DNA from: a virus
Lineage: Duplodnaviria > Caudoviricetes
Length of the DNA stretch: 64,000 nucleotides
IMG/VR virus record: IMGVR_UViG_3300022217_000003
Location: 64,001 to 128,000 of that record
Strand: one strand, 5' to 3'
Position 1 is the first letter of the stretch, and every line of letters begins with the position of its first letter. Both the position numbers and the translations under genes were made by a program. Under the pieces are notes generated by a model, which worked only from the letters and a program-made list of their open reading frames with translations, was not told the origin of the DNA and ran no database searches. Of this stretch, positions 37,396 through 47,831 are shown piece by piece.

Positions 37396-37978
37396 CCTGT
37401 CCTTCTTTTTTTATTTTAAATAGGCCTATATCAAAGCCTCTTAATTCTCTTTTTATAATATCTACCTCCCATTGTCCAGCTACCCCGCCCATGAAATCTT
37501 CTGGAGTCCAAAAAGACAAATGACTTTCATGCACATTTCCATAAACTTCCCCCTGACTCCATTGGGAACTATCGCCCAGCGGAATGCATACGACCAAATA
37601 TTTTGAGGCTTTATTTTTCAATTTATCCAGAACTATTAATGCATCTTCTCTATGAAGATGCTCTATAACATCCCCTGCATATATAAATTCATATTCAGGT
37701 AGCGTATCTATAATATCAAAAATATTACCAATATATATATTATCATATATATATTTTTGATGTTCGTGGGCATTAATATAATGTTCAAAAATTTCAACCC
37801 CATCTATTTGCGTTATCCAATCATCTTTTTCAAATCTACCTACAAATATGTCTCCATACTCACGAAATAAATGCCCCCACTTCCCAAATCCCACACCTAT
37901 ATCCAAGACTGTTTTAGGGGACACCCCCATAAACACCCTTACAACTTCATCTAAAAATCCATAATATGAACTTGGCAT
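37376..37978 (-). CDS. Class I SAM methyltransferase
   Basis: VLDIGVGFGKWG, IDGVEIF, GDVIEHL. Confidence 0.82.
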   Translation of the reverse strand: MPSSYYGFLDEVVRVFMGVSPKTVLDIGVGFGKWGHLFREYGDIFVGRFEKDDWITQIDGVEIFEHYINAHEHQKYIYDNIYIGNIFDIIDTLPEYEFIYAGDVIEHLHREDALIVLDKLKNKASKYLVVCIPLGDSSQWSQGEVYGNVHESHLSFWTPEDFMGGVAGQWEVDIIKRELRGFDIGLFKIKKEGQVDEISS

Positions 37979-37983
37979 TTTAA

Positions 37984-38124
37984 TTATTTCTCCTTCTTCT
38001 CTAAATATTCAACCATTATCTGTCGAATTATTTCACCGCAACTTCTTTTTTCTTTCTTGGCTTGCTCTTTAAACTCATGTATGATATTTTTATCTACCCT
38101 TACATTAAACGTAGGTTTTTTCAT
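37984..38124 (-). CDS. 46-aa ribbon-helix-helix DNA-binding protein (not in ORF track)
   Basis: MKKPTFNVRVDKNIIHEFKEQAKKEKRSCGEIIRQIMVEYL, Arc/CopG pattern. Confidence 0.75.
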   Translation of the reverse strand: MKKPTFNVRVDKNIIHEFKEQAKKEKRSCGEIIRQIMVEYLEKKEK

Positions 38125-38151
38125 AGCAAATCACCCGCCTTGCCCTTCTAT

Positions 38152-38532
38152 CTATTGTCTACTTATGAACTTTTTAAGATCTTCTTGGTCAAATTTTCCA
38201 CTTGGTTCTTTTCGATAGCTGTCAGAATCTATGTGGTGGGTGCTTATTTCTATTATCTTGCTATTTTTTAATCCCCAGAATCTGTGGTATTTACATGGTT
38301 CAATTACTATCACGTCACCCTTCTTCATAATATAATACTTATTGTCATATTGCATTAATACCTTTCCGCTGTCAATAACAAAGGTTTCATGTTTTATTTT
38401 GTGCATATGAACCGAACACCTTCTATTCTTTTTTAGTTTTAATATTTTATAACAGTATAAGCCCCCATTAACTATCCAATATTCTTTCCCCCATTTTTTT
38501 TCTACCATTTTAGGTTTTTTATAATCCTTCAT
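38152..38532 (-). CDS. Cupin sugar isomerase-like protein
   Basis: VEKKWGKE, SVHMHKIKHETF, YHRF, IIEIST. Confidence 0.8.
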   Translation of the reverse strand: MKDYKKPKMVEKKWGKEYWIVNGGLYCYKILKLKKNRRCSVHMHKIKHETFVIDSGKVLMQYDNKYYIMKKGDVIVIEPCKYHRFWGLKNSKIIEISTHHIDSDSYRKEPSGKFDQEDLKKFISRQ

Positions 38533-39412
38533 ATATTCCCTCTAATTGATTTACCGTTAATCTTGGATGCCAATATGTTTCCATCCACTTCCTATTTCTT
38601 TCTCCTATGTTATTAATATAATCAAACCCCTGGTTTATAATTCCCTGTAGACCTGCTTCTAAATTATCCATCCATATATTTTCGAATGGTATTATATCTG
38701 AATTAGTTACCGCCCTAAGAACGGACGCAACCGGTTCGTCAAGAGAACAGACAACTAAGGCACCGAGACCTAATCCCTCCAATCCGCTTCTATGATAACT
38801 ATTTGTGACACACTCATCTATTACTATATTGCAGTCTGATTTCCTTGCTATGCATTCTTCTATTCCAACTCCATGAATAACATCAAAATCAATATTAGCA
38901 TTTCTTTCTTTTAATCTTTCTAATATATCTTTTGTTTCAAGATGTCCCTTGGCTTCAGCTACCCTGCACCCCCTATCATATTTTTGAGAAGGGGAAAACC
39001 CTATTTTAATATAATCCTTTTTCTTATATGTATATTCAGCCCCATCTATATCTATTATATTTCTTATTGGTATGCACCCACGAGATATGTAATCGCCTAA
39101 TGTCGCATGGAACTGTGCTATAACCAGTTTGGCACCTGGAAATTCAAGGTCTACATACGCCGTCGGGCTATGATACTGTATTATTTTAGGCTTCGTTGTT
39201 TCACAAAACTTGTTGTGAAAATGAACCACATCAAATTCATTTATTCTATTTAGATCTTTTATAATAGGAATATCAGCATAAGATATCGCATCATTGGGAT
39301 TTAATAATACTGCTTCATACTTATCGGAATATTTATTTATTGCCCTTACTGTTTCATCTGGCGACCATGCCATATTGGTAAACTTTACATGAACTACTTT
39401 CTTTTTATCCAC
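38519..39412 (-). CDS. Glycosyltransferase, GT-B-like
   Basis: DVVHFHN, IGFSPS, KGH, IVIDEC...SGLEGLGLG; likely GTG start at 39412. Confidence 0.6.
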   Translation of the reverse strand: MDKKKVVHVKFTNMAWSPDETVRAINKYSDKYEAVLLNPNDAISYADIPIIKDLNRINEFDVVHFHNKFCETTKPKIIQYHSPTAYVDLEFPGAKLVIAQFHATLGDYISRGCIPIRNIIDIDGAEYTYKKKDYIKIGFSPSQKYDRGCRVAEAKGHLETKDILERLKERNANIDFDVIHGVGIEECIARKSDCNIVIDECVTNSYHRSGLEGLGLGALVVCSLDEPVASVLRAVTNSDIIPFENIWMDNLEAGLQGIINQGFDYINNIGERNRKWMETYWHPRLTVNQLEGIYEGL

Positions 39413-40217
39413 GGGGAACTCCATAATAATGACATTTTGAACACAAAGGAACATCATTTCGATTTCCATCTATATGCTTCTTTAGCCATTCTTTTCTTTT
39501 ATCACCATTCCATATTTCTTCTAATGTTTTATCATTTAAACTGCCAAGCCTGCCAATGCCATCGGGGTCAAACCTCACGCATATCGATACGTTACCATGG
39601 CGATCAATGGCAGGATGAGTCAACATATCTAGGCATATATCATATTCGGGACGAGTGATCTTTTTCTCATAATCGAAGCTTCCCATTGGAGAATGCAAAA
39701 TCCTTTTGACAATTGGAATATTCATTTTTTTATACATATCCATTCTTTTATCAGAAATATTCCCTAGCATCCTAAGCACAACCCTCGGCTTTTCATCTTT
39801 TGGAAGGGACGTTATAAACTCCAATAAAGACAGATAATTAATAATATCTTCTTTTCCGTTTTCTTTTTGTATGACTGAGATGGTTAATACCTCTAAGTTC
39901 CCGACAATATCTTCTTTTTTTAAGTTCAACTGATTACCACCCTTGGTATTAAAACATCTTATTCGCCCTTCAAACAATTTCAATGCTTCGCCTAAGCGAG
40001 GATACTCCAAGGGATCGCCGTTATTATGAAACTGAACTAGGGTTCCCGGGGGTATCTGGGGCTCTATTTTCTTTAACAATTCGAAATCCATGTGCCCATA
40101 TGACCTGGCTATCTCTGGATATTCCCTTTCTATCTTTCTTCTACCACACATTTCGCACGAAAAATTACAGATACTTGTAAGCTCAATATTTATTGTTGAC
40201 AATCCATTTAAACTCAT
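39405..40217 (-). CDS. Radical SAM/SPASM(twitch) protein
   Basis: IELTSICNFSCEMC; C-terminal C..ML...IDRHGNVSIC...CSKC. Confidence 0.88.
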   Translation of the reverse strand: MSLNGLSTINIELTSICNFSCEMCGRRKIEREYPEIARSYGHMDFELLKKIEPQIPPGTLVQFHNNGDPLEYPRLGEALKLFEGRIRCFNTKGGNQLNLKKEDIVGNLEVLTISVIQKENGKEDIINYLSLLEFITSLPKDEKPRVVLRMLGNISDKRMDMYKKMNIPIVKRILHSPMGSFDYEKKITRPEYDICLDMLTHPAIDRHGNVSICVRFDPDGIGRLGSLNDKTLEEIWNGDKRKEWLKKHIDGNRNDVPLCSKCHYYGVPRG

Positions 40218-40867
40218 TTTTTTCCTACCCCCAATACTGTGGAGTCATTCATCCACCTAAAGTATTTAATGCCGGTTGCATAGGTCAACCACTTGGCAAA
40301 TTTAATTGGCAATGACAATCTTATCTTATTTAAAATGGGGAACTTCCAGGCAGGGGGATAATGATAAAATATTTCCGACTCAACATTTTCAAAATTATAC
40401 ATTTTTAATAAATCTCTAATGCCTTCCCTTGAATAAGGGTGGACATGTGTGGGATCGTCATAAAAAACCCCAGACTGCTTATTCCAATCGGGGGTCATAA
40501 TAATTAACACCCCGCCCTTTTTCAATATTCTATAACATTCCTTTATTAAATTATCAGAATTATGCAAATGCTCTATTAAGGATTTACAAAATATAAAATC
40601 AAATTTACAACTCCCTATGGGGATTATCTCATTTTCAATATCTATGACGAACTTAGTATAATATGAATTCTTCTCCCTATCTATTCCATAAACCCCTATC
40701 CCCATTTGTTGGAATAAATCTGAATATTCCCCTCGACCACACCCAATATCTAATAATATATCTTTTCCCTTCATATTAAATCTATCATACAAATACTTAG
40801 CCAATTTAGGGGGGTAATCAGTATAGGGCTTATCTTTCTTATTATATATAGTCTCTGTATAATCCAT
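40214..40867 (-). CDS. Class I SAM methyltransferase (type 11)
   Basis: LLDIGCGRG, FDFIF..SLIEHL, RILKKGG, YDDPTH. Confidence 0.88.
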   Translation of the reverse strand: MDYTETIYNKKDKPYTDYPPKLAKYLYDRFNMKGKDILLDIGCGRGEYSDLFQQMGIGVYGIDREKNSYYTKFVIDIENEIIPIGSCKFDFIFCKSLIEHLHNSDNLIKECYRILKKGGVLIIMTPDWNKQSGVFYDDPTHVHPYSREGIRDLLKMYNFENVESEIFYHYPPAWKFPILNKIRLSLPIKFAKWLTYATGIKYFRWMNDSTVLGVGKK

Positions 40868-40869
40868 AT

Positions 40870-41256
40870 TTATATCTTTTCTACCAATTCAATTTCAAGC
40901 CCATTCGGATCTTCTATAAATGCAACCCTGACAGATTTGTCAGGGGATAACACGAACTCAATATCCTTTTTTAATTTTGTTAATATCTTTTCTATATCAT
41001 CTACACCAATAGCCATATGGCAGGCATAATAAAGATCATGGGTCCAAAAAGGATCGCTTTCACACTCATATGTTTCTGTTAATTCAAAAATAGTTCCATT
41101 TAATTCCATTTTCACCACTTTTATTTTTCCAATAAAATCATCTATTCCGTTCCAATCTTCTGTTTTATTATATACAACTTTAAATCCGAGTTTTTTATAA
41201 AATTTCATTGATTCTTTAAATTTTTTTGTTCGTATTCCAAAATGTCTAATATTCAT
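40870..41256 (-). CDS. VOC/glyoxalase-family protein (possible epimerase)
   Basis: IRHFGI, SMKFY..LGF, CHMAIGVDDI, FIEDPNGLEIELVE. Confidence 0.85.
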   Translation of the reverse strand: MNIRHFGIRTKKFKESMKFYKKLGFKVVYNKTEDWNGIDDFIGKIKVVKMELNGTIFELTETYECESDPFWTHDLYYACHMAIGVDDIEKILTKLKKDIEFVLSPDKSVRVAFIEDPNGLEIELVEKI

Positions 41257-42409
41257 TTATTACACTCCTTAATATATCCAATCCCATTATTAAATTTTTT
41301 TCTGATATTATTAATGGCGGACCTACCTTTATAGACTCTCTCCCCGTATATACTAATAGTAATCCCTTTTTTAATGCCGTCTTGCAAACATGCGATGCGA
41401 TGTATTTATTTTCAAATATTATGCTCGCCACGAGCCCCCTTGAATGCCACCCTGCTATTTTATTATGACCACAATCCAACATACCTATAATCCTACCTAT
41501 TAGCGTTACGCCTCTAAGGTATGCATTATATACAATATGCTTGCTTTCCATCTCTTCCAAAACGGCTAACCCCGCAGAACAGCTAATGGGATTGGCTGAA
41601 TGGGTGCTACTCATATCGCCAACGCTGGGAGTATCTAATATTTCACGCCTTCCCAATACACCTGACAACGGCAACCCATTACCTATAGCCTTACCTATAC
41701 AAATAAGGTCAGGCACCACATTAAAATATTCATACCCAAATAACCTTCCCGTCCTTCCAAGGCCAGATTGTATTTCATCAAAGCAGACCAAACTATTATT
41801 TTCTTTCGCAAACGAACATAGATTTTGTATATATTCCTTGTCTGGAAATTTAGCCGACCAACCCTGATATGTCTCTATCATAAATCCGGCAATATCCTTA
41901 GTATTTATATTTAACTTATTTATTTCCTTAATGAAATTTGATCCCAGGGTTGGGAAATCCAATTGGACAAAATCCTTATGGGAATATATCCCCGAACCCT
42001 TCATTAATTCAGCAGCCATAGTTCTGCCATGCATAGCCCCCTTAAAAGATACTATTATATTTCTTTTAGTGTATCCCCTCATTAATTTTACAGCAGCTTC
42101 CGTAGCTTCTGTTCCAGATGATAATAAAAATACTTTTTCGCAAAAGTCTGGAGTCATTTCAATCAGCTTCTTTGTAAACTTTTCCCTGGGTTCGTTATTG
42201 AATGTATAAGAATGTATCAGATTTTTATTTATCTGCCTTTTAACATACTTATTCACCCTTTTATTTGAATGCCCTACGTTAGTTACAAATATAGTAGAAG
42301 TAAAATCTATATATTTTTTATTATTAGAATCCCAAACAAATTCATTCTTTGCTTTCTTCCATGTGATTCCTAATGGGTTTTGCATTGATTTTGGTTCATA
42401 TTGATTCAT
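41246..42409 (-). CDS. Class III PLP aminotransferase
   Basis: YIDFTS, SSGTEATEAA, MHGRT, FDEIQSGLGRTG, PDLICIGK; start moved to ATG 42409. Confidence 0.88.
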   Translation of the reverse strand: MNQYEPKSMQNPLGITWKKAKNEFVWDSNNKKYIDFTSTIFVTNVGHSNKRVNKYVKRQINKNLIHSYTFNNEPREKFTKKLIEMTPDFCEKVFLLSSGTEATEAAVKLMRGYTKRNIIVSFKGAMHGRTMAAELMKGSGIYSHKDFVQLDFPTLGSNFIKEINKLNINTKDIAGFMIETYQGWSAKFPDKEYIQNLCSFAKENNSLVCFDEIQSGLGRTGRLFGYEYFNVVPDLICIGKAIGNGLPLSGVLGRREILDTPSVGDMSSTHSANPISCSAGLAVLEEMESKHIVYNAYLRGVTLIGRIIGMLDCGHNKIAGWHSRGLVASIIFENKYIASHVCKTALKKGLLLVYTGRESIKVGPPLIISEKNLIMGLDILRSVINEY

Positions 42410-43091
42410 TTTTTTTCTCCATAATAAGTTCCAATAAATCAAATTCTTCTTGCGTATCTACTTCTATAACAGGCGGAGTTTTAAATGCCCTAACCATATT
42501 CCCATAAGTTGTCTTGGTATTAAGTATGGAGCTAACTTTTATAATATCAGCGTAGCCATTGGGTTTGTAACAATCATCAAAGGCTTGCCTTGGTTGGTTG
42601 GATAACTCTATGTCTATATCCATATAAGGTTTTGCGAATATACCATTTTCTATTTTGTATAATTTTTCTGGAGGCTCTGGCATTTTGTGCATTGATCTCA
42701 AAGAATCAAATAGCATCGAATCCCCCATAAAACTCAACCATGCCCCATCTATAACTTTGGAATCCCGCAAGGGAGTAGTCGGCCTCAACAACACTATAAT
42801 ATCATCGTACATCATATTCATTGTATAAATAGCATGCAATAAATAATCTATGTCGCCCGATGTGTTACTTGAACAATGATCTGGCCTAATAATTCCGCCT
42901 GCGCCATACTTATTGGCAATCTTAATATATTCTTCACTATCAGTTGTAACCATAATACTGTCTATACTTTTTAATTGTTTTGCCGTTTCTATTGTATAGG
43001 CTATTAATGGCTTCCCATTTAATTCCTTGATGTTCTTATCTGGAACACCCTTCGAACCCGACCTGGCGGGTATTAAAACATATGTTTGCAT
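42396..43091 (-). CDS. neuA: CMP-nonulosonate synthetase (acylneuraminate cytidylyltransferase)
   Basis: IPARSGSKGVPDKNI, GKPLIAY, VTTDS, LRPTTPLR, PRQ, EVDT. Confidence 0.92.
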   Translation of the reverse strand: MQTYVLIPARSGSKGVPDKNIKELNGKPLIAYTIETAKQLKSIDSIMVTTDSEEYIKIANKYGAGGIIRPDHCSSNTSGDIDYLLHAIYTMNMMYDDIIVLLRPTTPLRDSKVIDGAWLSFMGDSMLFDSLRSMHKMPEPPEKLYKIENGIFAKPYMDIDIELSNQPRQAFDDCYKPNGYADIIKVSSILNTKTTYGNMVRAFKTPPVIEVDTQEEFDLLELIMEKKNESI

Positions 43092-43102
43092 TGTTTATCC
43101 TT

Positions 43103-44485
43103 CTACAGTTGTCTGAACCCTCTGAAAGAAGGGTCTCTTTCGTTATACAATCTTGCACATTGTTTAAGCATATTCTTCCTGTTCTTTTCATAATAATCAT
43201 TAATCAATTCTGTATTAGCCCGCTTGAGTGCTTCATAAAATTCGTCATCGGGTATATTTGTAAAATTTACCGCCAACAAATCAGAATTCAAATGTTTTAC
43301 TTCATAAAATTCTTTTACATCTTTTAATAAACCCTTTTCTATTGCATAATAATATAATGGGCTACCTGGATATGGAGTTACCGGCCTAATGGATCTCATT
43401 TCATAACCAGTATTATACTTCTTTAAAAATTCAACACCCTTCTTTAGTATTTCCTTCGTCTCGCCTATATTTCCAAAAATAACATTTAACCCAGGAGTTA
43501 TCCCCTCCTTTAAAGTATTTTCTATGCCTGGTATTATTTGCTCTACAGTAAGGTGCTTATTCATATTTTTTAATGCTTGATTATCTATGGATTCAATACC
43601 ATAATTTAAATATGAGCATCCCGCCTTTTTCATTACCTTTAATACTTCGGGGGTTGCAAAATTTAACCGCCCATTGCAATACCATCTTATATCAAGCTTC
43701 TCTTTAATGAAAGCTTCACATATTTCTATTGTTCTTTTTTTGGACGACATTATTAATTCATCTGCAAAATATATTGCACTAATATCATATTTCCATTTTA
43801 AATATTTTATTTCTTCTACTATGGATTCTGTAGATCTTGGCCTAAACCCCTTAGACAAGCGGAAGCAGAAATTACAAGTGAAGGGACATCCGCGCCCCGA
43901 TAACATAGCCATACTTCTATCTGTCTTTTTAAATCCCGCAGTATGCAATAAGGCATAATGATCGATTGGGAATAAGTCATATGCGGGATAGGATATATTA
44001 TCTATGTCCTTAATTAAATCTCTGGGCTTTGTTTGTATATATTCATCATTGTCATTTATGAATGCAATACCATCAACTTTTTCAGGCGAATCCAAATTTT
44101 CCAATAGGTCAACAATGGTTATTTCACCTTCACCCACAACTACATAATCTGCAGAAGTTAATCTTAAAAAATATTCTGGCTCTGGCGATGGACCGTGCCC
44201 ACCCATTATATAAATTGGTTTCTTTTTTGCTTTTTTAATTGCCTTGGATATCTTTATCATTTTTTGGTATTGATAATATCCGCCAATTATACCTAATCCT
44301 ATTACATCAAAATCATTTTTATCTATATATTCAGTAAGGTGTTCCTCTGGATAATGATATACGTCCTGGCTATAAATAGTGACATCATGCCCCTCGTCTC
44401 TCAGTGCCGATGCTATATACGCCATATTTGATGGAAACCAATTAATATGGCTTCCGTTATCATAAACTATCAATGCAATTTTCAT
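43103..44485 (-). CDS. Cobalamin-dependent radical SAM enzyme
   Basis: N-terminal B12-binding domain (GGHGP, VVGEGE), GRGCPFTCNFC, YGIES, PYPGSPLY. Confidence 0.9.
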   Translation of the reverse strand: MKIALIVYDNGSHINWFPSNMAYIASALRDEGHDVTIYSQDVYHYPEEHLTEYIDKNDFDVIGLGIIGGYYQYQKMIKISKAIKKAKKKPIYIMGGHGPSPEPEYFLRLTSADYVVVGEGEITIVDLLENLDSPEKVDGIAFINDNDEYIQTKPRDLIKDIDNISYPAYDLFPIDHYALLHTAGFKKTDRSMAMLSGRGCPFTCNFCFRLSKGFRPRSTESIVEEIKYLKWKYDISAIYFADELIMSSKKRTIEICEAFIKEKLDIRWYCNGRLNFATPEVLKVMKKAGCSYLNYGIESIDNQALKNMNKHLTVEQIIPGIENTLKEGITPGLNVIFGNIGETKEILKKGVEFLKKYNTGYEMRSIRPVTPYPGSPLYYYAIEKGLLKDVKEFYEVKHLNSDLLAVNFTNIPDDEFYEALKRANTELINDYYEKNRKNMLKQCARLYNERDPSFRGFRQL

Positions 44486-45936
44486 TTATGCTTTTTACCC
44501 GCCTTATCATAATTAGTTGGTCTTTTCCATCTACTATACACAAAATAGATAGGGTTCATAAAATCTTTGTATTTTAAATATTGAAATAAGGTCTGTGGGT
44601 GCTTTAGGAGATAAAAAATATAATTCCTGAAAACTCTTTTTATTGTCTTGGGCGCAAGATCCATTAATTCACCATCACTAAACTCAGTAAAATTAATCCT
44701 AAATCTATATGGACCTGTTCCATCCCCGATTGATTCAAGGTATTTTTCTTCATCTTTTATAGTCCCGTCTTCAAGACACCTGTTATATAAGCCGCTGCCT
44801 GGATATGGGGTTATGTACCTAAAGCTAAGTCCTGGGTATCCTACGTCTTTTAATAAATTAACTGTATCATCAACTGTTTCTTCGGTTTCTCCTGGATAGC
44901 CCAATATTAATCCCATATTTATTGGCATTCCTTTTCGCATTGTCATTTTTAAAACATCTTTTATTTGGGAGGGATTAGTTTTTTTATTCATATTCTTTAA
45001 TATCTTTGAACTTCCCGATTCCACCCCATAACTTATTAAAAGGCATCTATTTTTTATAGCAATATCTATCATTTCTTTTTTAATTGTATCTATTCTGGCA
45101 TTTCCATACCAACTAATTTTCAATGGCTCTATTTTTTTACAAAAATCGGAGATATAATCTTTGTTTATAAATAGTAATTCATCCTGGAATCCAAAAACAT
45201 TAATGCCATAATTATCTTTTAAATATTTCATTTCGCTAAAAACACTACCTATACTCCTTCGTCTAATCCTCTTAAACATCTTTGAACAAAAATCGCAATT
45301 AAAGGGACATCCCCTTCCAATTTCCATTGATGCCCGTCTGTATTGTTTCTCTTTTGGCAAAAATTTCTTCGGCAAATATATATCGTTCATAGACATCCTG
45401 GAATATTTTTCCATGTCAAATAGCTCATATGCAGGAAAGGGAATAGTATCTATGTCCTTTATTAATTCCCTGGGTGGATTTAATATAATAACGCCAGATC
45501 TTCCTTTGTAAGCTATGCCATTTACATTTCTGATGTCATCAATATTATTTACCAGATCTATAGCAGTTAATTCACCCTCTCCTATTACGCAAATATCTAT
45601 ATTCGTTCTTCTTAATACTATATCATAGTTATGGGAGGCCAGGTGTCCACCTAGAACAATTTTGCAGCCACCCGCCTTTTTCAAGAAACTGCTTAGTTTT
45701 TTTACCTGAGAATACTCGTAGCTTAACGCACTGATACCAATAATATCTGGATTAAAATTTCTTATTCTCCGGACAAGATTATTATAATTTACATCTTCCA
45801 ATGTAAGGTCTATTACATCAACATTATGGCCATCCTTTTTTAAAACGGATGCAATATACCCAATACCCAATGGAAATGTGACATAGGTATCTTGCTTATC
45901 CTGCGTGCTATTTGGCCTTATTAATAAAACTTTCAT
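44482..45936 (-). CDS. Cobalamin-dependent radical SAM enzyme
   Basis: PLGIGYIAS, GGH, IGEGE, GRGCPFNCDFC, GVESGS, GYPGET; start at ATG 45936. Confidence 0.9.
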   Translation of the reverse strand: MKVLLIRPNSTQDKQDTYVTFPLGIGYIASVLKKDGHNVDVIDLTLEDVNYNNLVRRIRNFNPDIIGISALSYEYSQVKKLSSFLKKAGGCKIVLGGHLASHNYDIVLRRTNIDICVIGEGELTAIDLVNNIDDIRNVNGIAYKGRSGVIILNPPRELIKDIDTIPFPAYELFDMEKYSRMSMNDIYLPKKFLPKEKQYRRASMEIGRGCPFNCDFCSKMFKRIRRRSIGSVFSEMKYLKDNYGINVFGFQDELLFINKDYISDFCKKIEPLKISWYGNARIDTIKKEMIDIAIKNRCLLISYGVESGSSKILKNMNKKTNPSQIKDVLKMTMRKGMPINMGLILGYPGETEETVDDTVNLLKDVGYPGLSFRYITPYPGSGLYNRCLEDGTIKDEEKYLESIGDGTGPYRFRINFTEFSDGELMDLAPKTIKRVFRNYIFYLLKHPQTLFQYLKYKDFMNPIYFVYSRWKRPTNYDKAGKKHK

Positions 45937-45937
45937 T

Positions 45938-46672
45938 TTATATAGAGATATCTCCCTTTTCAAAAGTATCAAACCACGCATTTTTATTAGCGTTAATTAT
46001 TTTTACACCTATATTCTTTGCGGCATTGTTAATAATTTCTAAATTTGGAATAACATACTCCCTCCAAATATTATTATCAACATGGGGTACATTAATTGAG
46101 GAGGATTGAAGTTCGGCATATCCTTGACTATAATCTAGGTCTATACCTATAAAATAAACAGGGTTGCACCCCATTAAAACAGCAAAAAGGAGCATGTTTA
46201 AAGCAACCGTCCCTATCATTTTGGGTAGGGTGTGATGCTTGGTATATGCCACAAACTCCTCTGGTAAAGTAAGTCTTCCGGGAATAATATTATCACAGCA
46301 TGCACCCCTACAGGGTAAACATGGCATGCACTTATTATGCCTTTGATCGTAAGGTAAATAATCTGTGGTTAACGTTTTTTCTATATAATCTCTTGGGGTT
46401 AAATCAACTGAATCAGCATATAGATAAGGCACATTATGCGCATTAATAGTGGCATGGAAATTCTGAATCGTATATTCATTATTTGCTACGACCCAATAAT
46501 CGGGGGCGACGGATTGAAAAAATTCCCATTCATTGCAATCAAGTCTGATAATACCCCTGTCTTTATATTTCTGCATCTGCCCTTTGTGTTGATTATAACT
46601 TGGCCCATGCGCAATAACTAATGCAGGCGATCCCCTGTGTTTATTTACAATATTTTTAATTTCTAACTTCAT
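45938..46672 (-). CDS. Maf/DUF115 (MptE-like) domain protein, putative nonulosonate transferase
   Basis: NKHRGSPALVIAHGPS, PDYWVV, GTVA...AVLMGCNPVYFIGIDL, IINAN. Confidence 0.7.
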   Translation of the reverse strand: MKLEIKNIVNKHRGSPALVIAHGPSYNQHKGQMQKYKDRGIIRLDCNEWEFFQSVAPDYWVVANNEYTIQNFHATINAHNVPYLYADSVDLTPRDYIEKTLTTDYLPYDQRHNKCMPCLPCRGACCDNIIPGRLTLPEEFVAYTKHHTLPKMIGTVALNMLLFAVLMGCNPVYFIGIDLDYSQGYAELQSSSINVPHVDNNIWREYVIPNLEIINNAAKNIGVKIINANKNAWFDTFEKGDISI

Positions 46673-46962
46673 TTAAAAAACACCTTTTCTGATAGGGCTT
46701 TATCGTCTATAAATAAATCATAAATCGGCTTATCAAGACGTAACTGATGGAACATCACGCCCCATTTTTTTAATTGATTTAAGGTAATATCATACCAACA
46801 AACACTATTTAAAATTCCCCTACTTGTCCAATAAACAATAGTGTGCCCTTTGTCATACAAAGAATTCATTTTATTTATATTTTTCTTTATAGGCCTAGAA
46901 TTTTTATAATCCATATTATCAGTTGTACAGATAGTGCCGTCTATATCACAATAAATTATCAC
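46669..46962 (-). CDS. Minimal HAD phosphatase
   Basis: CDIDGTIC, WTSRG, KP..DLFIDDK. Confidence 0.85.
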   Translation of the reverse strand: MIIYCDIDGTICTTDNMDYKNSRPIKKNINKMNSLYDKGHTIVYWTSRGILNSVCWYDITLNQLKKWGVMFHQLRLDKPIYDLFIDDKALSEKVFFK

Positions 46963-47831
46963 ATTAAATCTCCCCTCAATTTTTTGATGGTTTCTTTTTC
47001 TTTTTTTAATATTTTCTTTTCCTTAGAACCCAGGGCTAAACTTATTTGCCCTATGTATTTTAATATATATTTTATACCATCAATCGTTAAAGAAGATGAA
47101 TGATCTGATCCTTTCCAATAAGGGTGTAGCGTAAAGTGTCTTTCAATAATAGTTGCCCCCAACATATACGCTGCTATATCTGCCGATACACCGGGGTAAT
47201 GCCCACTAAACCCAACTCCGTCAATTAAACCAAAATATTCTATTTTATATGTATTAATAACATTTAAGTTAAGGTCAGGAAAATCCGCCGGATAAAGACT
47301 GGTGCATTGCAATAAATATTTTTCACAATCTTCTAATATATGAAGTGCCGTATGAATATCATCACATGTAGACATCCCTGTTGAAATTATAGTGGGTAAT
47401 TTTTTTAATGCAACCTGCTTTAGCAATGGGATATCTATGATCCTCTGCGAGGGTATCTTTAATATTTTAGTCCCTATATCAACCAAGAAATCCAAACTAT
47501 TAACATCAGTGAAGCTTGATATAAAATCTAACCCGGTATCTTCAATATATTTTTTCAAAGTTATAAAATCATCTTTTGAAAATTCCAACGCCTTCCTGTG
47601 TTCATAATAAGTATCCCCAAATGAATTAGGATTAATATAAGGCATATTTTTTTGTTCTTCTGATAAACATATATCAATATCCCTTTTAACTAATTTTATC
47701 GCAGATATATTTGTTTGTTTCAATTCATCCACCATTTTTTTTGCTATATCTAAAGACCCCTGATGATTCTGACCGATTTCCGCAATGAAATATACATTTC
47801 TTTCTTCTGCCTTTTTTAATATTTCTGTCAT
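46959..47831 (-). CDS. neuB: NeuB-family nonulosonate(-9-phosphate) synthase, short form
   Basis: IAEIGQNHQG, LKIPS, IISTGMS, QCTSLYP, GFSGH, IERHFTL, KGSDH. Confidence 0.9.
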   Translation of the reverse strand: MTEILKKAEERNVYFIAEIGQNHQGSLDIAKKMVDELKQTNISAIKLVKRDIDICLSEEQKNMPYINPNSFGDTYYEHRKALEFSKDDFITLKKYIEDTGLDFISSFTDVNSLDFLVDIGTKILKIPSQRIIDIPLLKQVALKKLPTIISTGMSTCDDIHTALHILEDCEKYLLQCTSLYPADFPDLNLNVINTYKIEYFGLIDGVGFSGHYPGVSADIAAYMLGATIIERHFTLHPYWKGSDHSSSLTIDGIKYILKYIGQISLALGSKEKKILKKEKETIKKLRGDLM

